Notes under the pieces: generated by a model
Databases searched by the model: none
What the model was told of the DNA's origin: nothing
The model's input: only the letters and a program-made list of their open reading frames with translations
Part shown: positions 1-11,994 of the stretch, in pieces
Layout: each line of letters begins with the position of its first letter
Position numbering within the stretch: position 1 is the first letter of the stretch
Made by a program: the position numbers and the translations under genes
NCBI GenBank assembly: GCA_951406725.2
Contig: OX597821.1
Span: forward strand, 38,626,001 to 38,690,000
Direction: 5' to 3'
DNA from: Octopus vulgaris
Taxonomy: Eukaryota
Length of the DNA: 64,000 nucleotides

Positions 1-1034
1 AAAACAAGTGTCACAGCCAATGTTGTTGGATCGGCATTACGTATGAGGAACCTTTTGCACGTGGGTAAAGATTAGCCTAGATTCAAAATTGAAACAGCTC
101 ATGGACAAAACCCGTGAAACCCTTTATAAATAAAACATACATTAAAAATAATGACAAAAACACTTTAATCCCTAAGTCAAAGGCAGTAATTAATTATGAT
201 AAAAGAAAAATAATCTACAGAAAATAATTAAAATATGATGCTGGTGTGAATTTGGCTAATTAAGTGTAGTGTAGGCTGTACACATGAAAATTTTAATTAA
301 TTGAATTTTTCTCCTTTGTTGGAGAAAAGATAACAAAAACCCAGAGGTAATTGCAATGGAAGGGAGATAATATCAAGACATTATGTGAATAGAAACTTTG
401 CTTCCTAATGATGTGGTTTTGAGTTCTATCTCAATGCACGGTCTCTTGTCTTTTACTATAGCTTCAGGCCAACCAATGCCTTCAGAGTAAAACTAATAGA
501 GGGAGTTAGTTACCCATTACCTCACCTCTCTAATTCTTCTGTAACAATGCTCTCTTTTATACATCTCTCAAACATGCCACAAGGAGGATGAGTTCTACCC
601 TTCAGCATTACTGTATTTGCCTCTGCTTAGGCCCTACTCCAATCTCCCTTATCCACCCTTTAAATTATGTGGTACCCATCAATCTCCTTTACAAACACTA
701 AATCTTGCCCTTCTCCCCACACCATGCTTTATTCTCTCAATATCTTATTTAAAATAACAAACCTACCCACTGTCCTCAAACTCAGTCTTGCAAGTTTCAA
801 GGTGCACAAACAAACCCCTCAGTTATACACTCTGTAGAGGTTGGATCATTGCTGACACTGTGGCATCCAACCCATACTGGTATGGAAAGCAGATGTAAAA
901 ATGTTACTGGTAGTGGTGGTGGTGGTAGTGATGATTATATATATATATACATACCGACACACACATATGTACATATATATATACAGTATGTATATATATA
1001 TATATGTGTGTGTGTGATATATGCATAATTATAT

Positions 1035-1072
<38 letters not shown>

Positions 1073-2145
1073 CTATATATGCATGTATGTATATTGCATA
1101 TCCAATGATAGTGAGCAACACCTAAAACATGAACAAAGGTAATATGAAAAATAAAAATCTGACCAATAGCAGTCATTTATTTTTAAATAAAATAAATTCA
1201 GATTTTTTGCCCATTAAAAAACAAATATCTTGATTATATTTTTTAAATTTAATATTTCATCAGAATTATGTAGATGGTGAAGAGTTACTGGTTTCTGTGC
1301 ATTAGGGGTTTTTTGTGTGTATGTGTGTGTGTGTGTGGGGGTTAATTTTAGCTATTCATTTTCCAACTGAATTTTCCATTTGGAAAGTGTAATTTGTTTT
1401 CCATCAATGCTATCAGACATTTTAGCAGAGAAGTCCAAAAAGCATATATTTTATACTAGCATGATTTCAATAACAGAAAGGAAAAAAAAAAAAAAAATTA
1501 AAAGTAATTTTTAAGGCAAATACTCGTAATATACGCTGCCCTGCAATGGAAATTAAAATTTACCAAAACTAAAATGATAGAGAGCAAGCAATAAAATAAA
1601 CGAATAAATGATCTAAAAAAAACATAATAAAATGGAAAGCAAAAGTTTAAATTATGACAAGCTCAAAATAAAAATACGGTGAAAGATATTTTTAATTCAT
1701 TCAAGCATTTAATCTAATTTAGGGAAAATTGCTTTTTCCGTACTGAATTTCTTTTCATTTCAATTAATAGAGATTCGAAATTCTTCTGCTTAACCAATGA
1801 GCTTTTTCCTCCTAAAATATATATTTTCAAGTTGGTTCAAGCATGAAAAACTGAAAAATATTTCCTTGTTCACAATTTATATAAACTCTTGTGCATATAT
1901 GTGAAGAAGATGTGTGCAAATAAACACAGACTCCCACCATATAGTACATGCGATGTGTGTTTCAGTGAAATGCTGTGTCAGTGTTACATACAGTCAGACA
2001 GAGGTAAGCACTGCTACTAATATGACCATAAATGTACAGCTGCTGGAAGATTCAAATAAGCATATTCATGTATAAGCATATTCATGTATGACAACATATA
2101 GTTATACTAAATATCTGTATACACCTATATACATGTGTGTGCATA

Positions 2146-2330
2146 TCTATTATATAAAATCCGTTCTGTCTGTCTATGTGTGTGTATCTTCTAGGATCTT
2201 GGGCATCCTCCATCCGATTGCACTCAAATTTGATTTGTAGATACCGACGGTATCAAGGCATGTATAAGTCTTGAAAAAATTACAAAAATCGATTCCAGGT
2301 GAGACTGCGATCGATAAAGCCGTGGGAACA
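2146..2330 (+). mobile_element. Possible 5' end of a non-autonomous Helitron
   Basis: Begins A|TCTATTATATAAAA followed by a (TCTG)/(TG) microsatellite and ...CCATCCGATTGCACTCAAATTTG..., the typical layout of invertebrate non-autonomous Helitron 5' ends. No 3' hairpin/CTAG was identified. Confidence 0.4.
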
Positions 2331-2873
2331 TGCATTTGTATGTGCAAGTGATCAATACTATGTGATCAATACTATGCATACATGAGATCAATACTATGCA
2401 TACACGAGAAAAATGCATGTGCAGTTTGTTGCAAACATTGTTTATGTCCTGCTCTTCTTTTCCGTCAACCTGTACATAACTGCACCTTCCATTTTTTGTT
2501 GTTTTTGTACTGCTTAAAGGCATGTTTCTTTCCTGCCAAGCTTACTGTTTAAACCATGTATATATATTCAATCTAAAGTGTACCTGCTGATAAAAGCTTT
2601 GCCTAGCAAATTATTTTATTTGCTAAAAAAAGTCTGAAACCATTGGTCCAGGAGTTAAATGGATAAATGTTTTTATTTTTCATTCCATTTGAAATTTTAT
2701 CCATAATAATAGTTTGGAATTTAACAGTCCTCTCTAGCATGCAGGTAGTCCTGTGATGGATACCTCTTTTGTGTTTAAATGTACACTGTATTTATATGAA
2801 TGATATATAGTCTATTGACTAAATTTTTTACATGCTAGGCCACTGGTAATGGAAATTTCTAATATTACACTTT

Positions 2874-2913
<40 letters not shown>

Positions 2914-3114
2914 TATATATATATGTATGTTATTTTGCTTCTTATACTTCACTCTCAACCTCACAAAATATTCATGTTAAGCTGCACAGATTGGTGACAT
3001 CATACATTCCTAGTGAATGACGTATCTATCAAGTTTAGGATACAAACCCTATGTGTTTAAGCATACACATCTATCAGCTATCTAGCTATATATATATATA
3101 TATATTTATATGAC

Positions 3115-3870
3115 AGTTGAGGTCATGCGTAGGCTTGAAAGAAATGAAGCCAGTATGCTTTGCTGGATGTGCAATGTCAGTTCAATAAAATATAAGCATC
3201 TCGAGAGAAAAGTTAGGTATAAGAGGAATCAGATGTGGTGTGCAAGAGAGACAAATATATTGGTATGATCAGGTGATGTGTATGGATGAGGATAGTTGTT
3301 TATCTGTGGAGGGAACCCAGGGTAAAGGTAGACCCATGAAGACATAGGATGAGATGGTAAAGCATGATCTTCAAGCTTTGAGCCTCACAGAAGTAATGAC
3401 CAGTGACGAAGATCTTTGGCGATGTGCTGTGCTTGAGAGGACCCATCAAAACAAGTGCACCCGTGCTAGTGGCACGTAAAGAACATCTTTGGAATGTTGG
3501 GCTTCATGAAGGCAAAGTGGCTGAGTTCCTTTCGAGTGTTGGGCCTCACGGATGCAATGACCGAAATCTTTGGCATTATGGTGTGCCTCAGAAGACATAT
3601 CAAGTTGAACAAAATCACAGACGTAGCAGATACTGGTGTCATGTAAATTGGCATCCAAGCTGATAGCATGTAAATGAACCCCAGCACCTATGGCGGTGGC
3701 ACATAAAAGCACCCATTACACTCTTAGAGTGGTTGGCATTAGGAAGGGCATCTAACCATAGAAAACCATGCCAAAACAGACTGGAGTCTGGTGCAGCCTT
3801 CCACCATGCCAGCCCAGTCAAACCCTCCAACCCATGCCGGACAACAGACATTAAAGGATGATGATGATGA
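3115..3870 (+). mobile_element. 5'-truncated RTE-clade LINE fragment (ORF C-terminus plus 3' tail ending in (GAT)n)
   Basis: 3115-3440 aligns by eye with 10435-10790 of the longer RTE copy (CATGCGTAGGCTTGAAAGAAATGAAG...GATGTGGTGTGCAAGAGAGAC...). The tail GGTTGGCATTAGGAAGGGCATC...CCAACCCATGCC...GATGATGAT is shared. Confidence 0.8.
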
Positions 3871-3881
3871 GAATAATGATG

Positions 3882-3921
<40 letters not shown>

Positions 3922-3942
3922 CAATATATCTCTACTACATTC

Positions 3943-3975
<33 letters not shown>

Positions 3976-4747
3976 CATACACATACATATATTGATATAT
4001 GTATCCAGATAAATATCAGAAATTTGTCTTCATCTGCACATGCACACACACACAGAGTCACACACACACACGCACACACACACACACACACACACAAGGA
4101 CACATGAACACACTTGTTCAATTAGTATATGATTATGCTCGTACTAACAGACAGATTTCTTTGGCTGTATACACTCTCACAAGTCATCAAGATCAAACTT
4201 GCATTATAGTGAACAAATTTATTATCAAAGAAAATCTACAAAGAATTATAATCAAAGTAAATTTGGTACAAAATCTTAGAAGTACTCTCCGATTTATTAA
4301 AGTATATTGGGGGAATTCATATAAAAAGTGTGTGTGTGTGTGTGTGTGTGTGTATCTGTCTGTCTGTCTATTTGCCTGTTTGTGTATATGTATATATATA
4401 TATATATATAAATACATAAATACGTATACATATATATATGTTTAACGAGAGATATAAATGAGACTTTGAATTTTTCTGGAGCGGATTGTCACCCATTTTT
4501 TGACAGGAGAACTAATGTGTTTGGCTGGAATTTCACCAAATTTTACAATTCAATAATCTTTCAAATTCTCCATGTTGTAAAGAGACATTTTTCACTTGAT
4601 CTTTCTGAACTTTTTAATTCTAAAAATCACACACAAACACACACACACACACACGTACACATGCATGCACACCCACACATACACACACACACATACACAC
4701 ACACACATACACACAGACACATACATGCACACACACACACACAAGTA

Positions 4748-5070
4748 CATCATCATCGTTTAACGTCCGTTTTCCATGCTAACATGGGTTGGATGGTTCG
4801 ACCGGGGTCTGGGAAGGCAGGAGGCTGCACCAGGCTCCAGTCTGATCTGGCAGTGTTTCTACAGTTTGATGCCCTTCCTAACGCCAACCACTCAATGAGT
4901 GTAGTGGGTGCTTTTTATGTGCCAGGGGAGGCTGGCAGTGGCCATGATCAGATGGTGCTTTTTACGTGCCACCGGCACAGAAACCAGTCATGGTGGCGCT
5001 GGCATCGGCCACGTTCAGATGGTGCTTTTTATGTGCCACCGGCACAGGTATCACAACTACGATTTCCATT
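4748..5070 (-). mobile_element. RTE 3'-tail-derived short element (family A)
   Basis: (CAT)n-CGTTTAACGTCCGTTTTCCATGCT...GATGCCCTTCCTAACGCCAACCACTC...GGTGCTTTT(T)ACGTGCCACC is the reverse complement of the RTE tail at 10950-11417. Confidence 0.9.
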
Positions 5071-5278
5071 TAATATTTACATCTACTTACATATACAGGT
5101 ACTGCCGTGGCTGTGTACTTAAGAAGTTCATTTCATAATCTTGTGATTTTAGGTTCAATCTCAATGCATGACAACTTAGCCAAGTGTCTTTTAATATTGT
5201 ACAAGGCCCATTGTGAATGTGTCTGTATAAATCTTCTATATATGTGTGTAAATGTGTGTGTATGTGTGTGTGTGTTTT

Positions 5279-5314
<36 letters not shown>

Positions 5315-5436
5315 TTTGTGTAAGATAAATATATTTACTCAGAGAAAAGGATGCCATTAAAATAAATTGTCTTTAACACACCCTCTTTAAATCACACAGT
5401 TGCTCTAATGAAATTCCTTCCATACATGCACACACA

Positions 5437-5472
<36 letters not shown>

Positions 5473-5566
5473 TGTATATATTATGCTTAGACATTGCGAT
5501 ACTGGCATAGAACTCAATATACATGCACATCAAAAGGAAGCATTAGTGGAGTATAGAACGGTAATA

Positions 5567-5772
5567 AGAAAAATGAGATGACAAAAGAATAAAGGATTAT
5601 CTTATGAACTTCATTAGCTTACAGCTGTTTCTGCTATAAGGTTCCATAGACTCATAGGTGAGTGGCTGACACTCATCTACGAGTCCACTGCTCCTTATAT
5701 TAGAAACAGCTGTAAGCTAATGAAGTTTGTAACATAACACGATTGCTTGCTCCTTTGTCATCTCATTTTCTC
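5567..5772. mobile_element. ~200-bp fold-back element with a hammerhead 3' half (GAAACAGCTGTA) on both arms
   Basis: Arms 5567-5641 and 5693-5772 are reverse complements (AACTTCATTAGCTTACAGCTGTTTCT / AGAAACAGCTGTAAGCTAATGAAGTT). The centre is itself a hairpin (GACTCATAGGTGAGTG-gctga-CACTCATCTACGAGTC). Confidence 0.75.
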
Positions 5773-5783
5773 ATATATATATA

Positions 5784-6071
5784 TCATCATTATCATCATC
5801 GTTTAACGTCTGCTTTCCATGCTAACATGGGTTGGACGATTTGACTGAGGACTGGTGAACTAGATGGCTGCACCAGGCTCCAGTCTCGATCTGGCAGAGT
5901 TTCTACAGCTGGATGCCCTTCCTAATGCCAACCACTCGGAGTCTGTAGTGGGTGCTTTTACGTACCACCAGCATGAAGGCCAGTCATGCGGTACTGGCAA
6001 TGACCTCGCTCGAATGGTGTTTTTTACATGCCACCTGCACAGGAGCCAGTCCAGCGGCACTGGCAATGACC

Positions 6072-6072
<1 letters not shown>
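5784..6072 (-). mobile_element. Family A RTE-tail element
   Basis: Same (CAT)n start and GGATGCCCTTCCTAATGCCAACCAC core as the other copies. Confidence 0.9.
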
Positions 6073-6150
<78 letters not shown>

Positions 6151-6196
6151 TACACACACACACACCCATTGATATATTGACATTGATATATATATA

Positions 6197-6431
6197 GCAT
6201 GTAAAAAGCACCATCTGAATGTGGTCGATGCCAGTTCCCCTCCTGACTAGCTCCTGTGTCAGTGGCACGTAAAAAGCACCCACTACTGGCATTAGGAAGG
6301 GCATCCAGCTGTAGAGACCTTGTCATATCAGATTGGAAGCTGCTGCAGCCTACTGGTTTGCCAGTCCTCAGTCAAACCATCCATCACATGGCAGCATGGA
6401 AAGCAGATGTTAAAAAATGATGATGATGATA
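6197..6431 (+). mobile_element. Family A RTE-tail element, inverted relative to 5784-6072
   Basis: GGCACGTAAAAAGCACC...GGCATTAGGAAGGGCATCCAGCTGTAG...GATGATGATGAT. Confidence 0.85.
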
Positions 6432-7057
6432 TAATCCTCATCATCACCATCATTGTTTCACATCCATTTCCCATGATGGTATTGGTTGGATGGTTCAATA
6501 TCATCTCACTTGCCCTGGGGCTATGCCACACCCTTGGATACTTATATTTTGTGAGGTTCTTCATCTCATATTCAATATTTGAATCTTATTACAGACATTT
6601 TCCACGTTGCTAAAGAAGCTGCATTATTGTAATTCTTGCAATTAGCTAAATATTTTATCTGCATGTGTCTGTGAGTTTGTCAATATGTAGTTTGATTAAT
6701 ATACACATTCCTGAGTCTAATCCATTTCCCATTTATAATCCCATGATGTTTTTTTTTTTTTTTTTGAAATTGCTAAAAATCAAAGATTCCATATCCCAAT
6801 GATTTAATCCTTCTGGCCATAAACCTATCTTTACTGAAATTCCTGCCTATAGCTGTCTTTGCTACAACATCTTAATTAGCAAAGAATTTGAAAGGAAACC
6901 GTTTTTTTCTTCCAAATTATAAGATTTTCCTAATTCTTTATATTGAAAAAAAATGCCATATTTTTCTTGAAGAATCTCTTGGGTTTTATTATACATTCAT
7001 TAAGGTAAGGTACATACAAACCTAAAACAGGAAGACATATCATACTGAAAGACTTAC

Positions 7058-7114
7058 CAGTCTTTAATAGCTGACATAGTTTAGTATCCAAGCCAGAAGC
7101 TACTCATCCTTTAT
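7058..7114 (-). other. Candidate 57-nt spliced exon (5' UTR plus possible start MSAIKD)
   Basis: Minus strand reads ttttgaattcttttcag|ATAAAGG...ACTATGTCAGCTATTAAAGACTG|gtaagt, a consensus acceptor and donor in non-repeat sequence. All frames are closed upstream of the second ATG. Confidence 0.4.
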
Positions 7115-7455
7115 CTGAAAAGAATTCAAAATTGTTGAATTCCTTCAATTATTTTACAGAGAATCTCATTGATTAGACAGGAAGCAAGATTTCTTTCTTT
7201 TCTCTCTCTGTTTTAACATTGTTATCATCACCATCATCATCATCATCATCATCATTTAAAGTGAAATATTCATATATCTATAGCATAATTCAGTGGAACG
7301 GTTGGATATCTTCTATATTTGAAACTAATCCTTCCTCAGAGAAGAGAAAAGAACCATCTTGTAGCTTCGAAAACTTTATTCTTCATTCTTGATCTCAAAA
7401 GTTCTGGATTCTCCACTGAAGAGCCTAAAACTCAACATAGAAACACAAAACTTAT

Positions 7456-7680
7456 TTAACCATCTTGTTGCCATATTTTGATGTTGAAATACTTTACCTT
7501 TCATTTCAATTCATTTTGAAAATAATGAAAAATTTAATAAAACAACTTTGTCATTATTAAGCTGATGTTTGGAACCATGAAATTTTGGTGCAAGGTTTTA
7601 ATTCAAAATCACTTTAGAAAATGTAATTTGTGTCATAGAACCAAAGCTGCTTTCGGGCAGGTTGATGTCAAAGAGGTTAG
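7456..7680 (-). mobile_element. ~220-bp TTAA-terminated MITE-like repeat (family D); further copies at 8221-8447, 39474-39680 and 60318-60523
   Basis: The four copies share CACCTGAGA..., CAAAATTTCATG..., CCAAACACCAGCTTAATAATGACAA..., TTTTCAAAATTAATTGAA. Termini resemble TTAACC(C)T...AGGGTTAA (piggyBac/Kolobok-style TTAA ends). Confidence 0.65.
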
Positions 7681-8728
7681 AAACAATTAGTTGCTGGTCA
7701 ACAATGGCTTGCGAGTTAACCTCCTCCGGTTCCTCACCACTGCCACCACCACTGCCGCCACCACCACTATTATCATCATTATCATTATTGTTATAGAACT
7801 CTCAAGTTAAGATTGTCTGAAACAATTTTGACATAGATACCCTGATAGCACATCTCTCGACTATTTTTAATGCGACCCTTTAAGAAGAAAAACATCTTAC
7901 TCTAATGGCATAATTTGTAAGAGAAATTCCATTTACTTACATGCACGTACACACATAGAACCTCACACACCAAATAAAAAGCCACCAAATCTCTCTGAAG
8001 TTACACCCCACAGCCTAAGAAAAGGAAGGATATCTTCCATAATATAATCTTAGAAGCATCTAAAATGATAAATTCAGAGCAGAATGTCTTTGACCTCAGG
8101 TCAATTCCTTCAGGTCAGATATGGAGTAAAACAATAACATGATTATATCTGAAGCTTTAGCAGGAATATAAAGTCCATTTCATGAACATGTTTAGGATCT
8201 AAGGCTGAAAAGTCTATTTGTTTAATACTTTTGATATCAACTCACCTGAGACTTCCCCCTAATTCTATGATAAAATTTTGCTGTTTTAAAATGATTTACA
8301 CTAAAGCTTCCTTCAAAATTCCATGATAATTTATGTTCTAAACTCAAACTTAATAATGACAAAATTATTTTAATAAATTCTTAATTATTTTCAAAATTAG
8401 TTGGAACAAAAGCAGTGTCGACTGAAATATTGTAATGAAAGGGTCAAACTGATGGGTAACAATAAAACAATAACACATTTGAGTAACCTACAGAAACTGA
8501 GTTAACAAGACACAGAAGACATAAGTGATTGATCAATAGAGCCAATAGAACATCAGGCAGAAATCATTGCCATTCTGAGTTCAAATCCTGTTGGTGTCAA
8601 ATTTGCGTTTCGTCCTCTCAAGTTCAATAAATCAGAATAGCAGTCAAATGCCAAAATTGATTTCATTGGCTTATTCTAATGTCTCTGGGGGTTCTTCAAG
8701 CAAGATACAACAACTAATAATTCTGAAT

Positions 8729-9078
8729 CATCATTATCATCATCATCATCATTTAACGTCCGTTTTCCATGCTAGCATGGTTTGGATGGTTCAACCGAGG
8801 TCTGGTAAGCCATGGAGGCTGTACCAGGCTCCAGTCTGATCTGGTAGTGTTTCTACAGCTGGATGCCCTTCCTAACGCCAACCACTCAGTGAGTGTAGTG
8901 GGTGTTTTTTACGTGCCACCGGCACAGGGGCCAGAGCAGGCTGGCAAATGGCCACGATTGGTTGGTGCTTTTACATGTCACCGACACAGACACCAGTCAT
9001 GCAGCGGCTGGCATCTGCCATGTTTGGATGGTGCTTTCTATGTGTCACCGGCATGGGTGCCTTAACTACAATTTCCAT
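8729..9078 (-). mobile_element. Family A RTE-tail element abutting the 5' end of the RTE LINE head-to-head
   Basis: (CAT)n-TTAACGTCCGTTTTCCATGCTAGCATGG... with three internal GGTGCTTT..GTG(C/T)CACC modules. Confidence 0.9.
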
Positions 9079-9084
9079 ATATAT

Positions 9085-11417
9085 TCTTATCATTGGCTCT
9101 GCTTTAAGGATGGATGATTAGATAAGCCCCAATAGGAGAGTCTACCAAAGGTCGACTCAACTGAACGACCAGTTATCTGAATCAACAGTACCAAGGTAGA
9201 TAAAGCAATTAAGGATATGAAGACAGAGAAAGCACCTGGCCCATCAGGAATCACTGCTGGGATGCTTAAAATATCAGGCAGTGTGAGTTATGGTCTTGTC
9301 ATCCATATCGTAAATCAGGTAGTTCATGTAGCAGCACCATAGTCAACTGCTGCAAATGTAAAGGTGATGCTTTAGATAGAAATAACCACAGGGGTATCAA
9401 ATTATTGGATCAGGGGATGAAATTTACAGAGAGGATCATAGCCCAACTAATTAGGGAGAGAGTTAGCCTAGATGCTGTTTGGTTTTGTGCCAGGTAGAAG
9501 CACCACTGATGCTATATTTCTGGTAAGGCAGGAGAAATACCTAGCCAAAGATAAACCTTTGTACTTGGCTTTTGTTGAGATGGAGAAAGCCTTTGACAGA
9601 TTCCCCCGATCCCTTATCTGGAGGTCAATGCGGAAACTAGGGATAGACAAGTGGTGGGTAAGAGCTGTACAAGCCCTGTACAGGGACACTGTCAGTAAGG
9701 TGAGGGTGGGCAACGAGTATAGTGAAGAATTCCAAGTAGAAGTAGGGATTCACCAAGGATCAGTCCTCAGCCCCCTCTTATTCATTATAGTCCTCCAGGC
9801 AATAACAGAAGAATTCAAGACAGTTGCCCCTGGGAGCTCCTCTATGCTGATGATCTTGCTCTAATAGCCAAGTCATTGCCAAAACTGGAGACAAAGTTTA
9901 GGGTGTGGAAGCAAGGTCTAGAATCGAAGGGGCTTAGAATTAACCAAGTCAAAACCAAAGTCTTAGTAAGTAGGGAGGCTGTCAAATCACAACCCCCTTC
10001 AGGCAGATGGATGGCCCTGCTCAATCTGTAGAAAAGGTGTCGGTAGAAACTCCATATGACGTACCCAGTGCAAGCTATGGACACATAGAAGGTGCAGCAA
10101 TATCAAAGGAAGGTTAACTGGGAAAATACTTTTTGTGTGTGGCAGATGCTCTGGGGCAACAAACACTGAAGATGTACAGAAAACAGATTCCATCACATGC
10201 CAGAGAGAGAAACTAGAAGTAGTTAATAGCTTCTGCTACCTAAATGACTAAGTCTGTAGTGGGGTGGTTGCTCTAAGAGTGTAGTGGCTAGAGTAAGAAT
10301 AGCCTGGGCAAAGTTCAGGAACCTCCTAACTCTGCTGGTCACTAAGCACCTCTCGCTCAGGGTAAAAGGTAAGCTGTATATAATGCATGTGTACAAACAG
10401 CCATGCTACACGGCAGTGAAACATGGGCCATGAATGCTGAGGACATGCATAGGCTTGAAAGAAATGAAGGCCAATATAATCCACTTGATGTGTAATATCA
10501 GTGTGCATACACGACATAGTCTAAGTGCCCTGAGAGAAAATTTGGGCATAAGAAGCATGAAATGTGGTGTGCAAGAGAGGCAACTGTGCTGGTATGTCCA
10601 TGTGTTATGTATGAATGAAAACAGTTGTATGAGGAAGTGCCACTCCCTAATTGTAGAAGGAACCTGTGGAAGAAGTAGACACAGGAAGACATGGGATGAC
10701 GTGGTGAAGCAAGACGTTTGAACATTGGGCCTCACAGAGGCAATGATAGGAGACAACGACCTTTGGAGATACGCTGTGATTGAGAAGACTCGGCAATTAA
10801 TGTGAGATCACAGCCACGCACATCCATCCCTGTTAAGAGTACTCCTGATGCATCAGGCGATATGATAGTCTTGAGAAGACTTGTTGAGTCAAGTCAAACC
10901 AATATCATAGCTGGAGCCAGTGCCCCACCCCCACCCCCAATGGTTCCCATGCTGATGGCATGTAAAAAGCATCATCCAAATATGGTTACTGCCAGGTCCA
11001 CATGACTGGCTCCTGTGCTGGTGGCATGTAAAAAGCACCAACTGATCATAACCAATGCTAGAACCCACTGACTGGTTCCTGTGCTGGTGGCACGTAAAAA
11101 GCCCCATCCTAATGTGTTTGTTGCCAGGCCTGCTTCACTGACTCTGATGCCAGTGGCACGTAAAATGCACCATCCAAACGTGATCGTTACCAGACCCACC
11201 TTACTGGCCCCTGTACTGGTGGCACGTGAAAAGCACCTACTACACTCTCAGAGTGGTTGAAGTTAGAAGGGCATCCAGCTGTAGAAACTCTGCCAGACCA
11301 GATTGGAGCCTGGTACAGCTGCTGGCTCTCTAGACCTCAATCAAACCGTCCAACCCATGCCAACATGGAAAACAGGTGTTAATCAATGATGGTGATGATG
11401 GTGATGATGATGGTGAT
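9085..11417 (+). mobile_element. 5'-truncated, decayed RTE-clade LINE: reverse transcriptase with internal PHD-like finger, 3' UTR and (GAT)n tail
   Basis: RT motifs KAPGPSG, FGFVPGRSTTDAIF, AFVEMEKAFDR, GIHQGSVLSPLLF, (frameshift) LLYADDLALIA, KTKVLV, LEVVNSFCYL, HGSETW and RQLCWYVHV...GRSRHRKTW. Several stops and frameshifts. Confidence 0.92.
10954..11240 (+). repeat. 66-bp tandem repeat (4 full units plus the start of a fifth) inside the RTE 3' UTR
   Basis: GTGGCA(C/T)GTAAAAAGCACC-like motif recurs at ~10954, 11020, 11086, 11152 and 11218. The intervening sequences are diverged homologues. Confidence 0.85.
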
Positions 11418-11870
11418 AATAACATCCCAGACATTGTTGTGGTAGATAAAGGTAAAAAGGAAATCAAGATTATAGATATTGCAATACCTGGGGATGCACA
11501 CTTAAGTGACAAAGAATTAGAAAAGATTGAAAAATACAGATTACCTAAAGATGAAATTGTAAGAATGAGGGAGAGTGTCTGTCATTCCAGTAGTTGTAGG
11601 GGCACTTGGAGTACTAACAACCAAGTTCGAGAAATATGTCAGAGAAATTGGAATTTACATGAGAGCAGGACAAAAAGAAACTGCTCTGCTGGGGACAGCT
11701 GGGATTTTGAGATTGGTACTTGGGTATTGAGTGTCTCCCACGATAATTAACAACCAAGTATCAAAACTGATAATCTGCATAAGAAGACCCTGTGCGACCT
11801 CTGACAACAATCTGTTGTCTGCTCTCACAGAATCAATCAGAGCAAACAAGACCAAGTGTTCTGAGAACTA
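11418..11870 (+). mobile_element. R4/Dong-clade non-LTR 3' fragment (restriction-like endonuclease)
   Basis: NIPDIVVVDKGKKEIKIIDIAIPGD...EKIEKY...VIPVVVGALG = PD-(D/E)xK RLE motifs. Ends in TAA/CAA repeats. Confidence 0.8.
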
Positions 11871-11994
11871 TAATGATAATAACAGCAACAGCAACAACAA
11901 CAATAATAATAATATATATACAATAAAAATAATAATAATATATATACAATCAAAATAATAATAATATATATACAATCAAAGTAATAATAATATA

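Noticed and set aside
1-135. Plus-strand open frame KTSVTANVVGSALRMRNLLHVGKD* followed by AATAAA
   Set aside because: Only 24 codons at the window edge with no recognisable homology; it cannot be supported without upstream sequence.
4466-5122. Recurring peptide LQSDLAVFLQLDALPNANHS in several ORFs
   Set aside because: It is the antisense reading of the non-coding family A RTE tail, not a gene family.
7416-7450. CTGAAGA...GAAAC hammerhead-like spacing
   Set aside because: Stem II is weak and there is no stem III or cleavage triplet.
10954-11240. CRISPR-like repeat/spacer pattern
   Set aside because: The spacers are homologous to each other, the array lies in a LINE 3' UTR, there are no cas genes and the context is eukaryotic.
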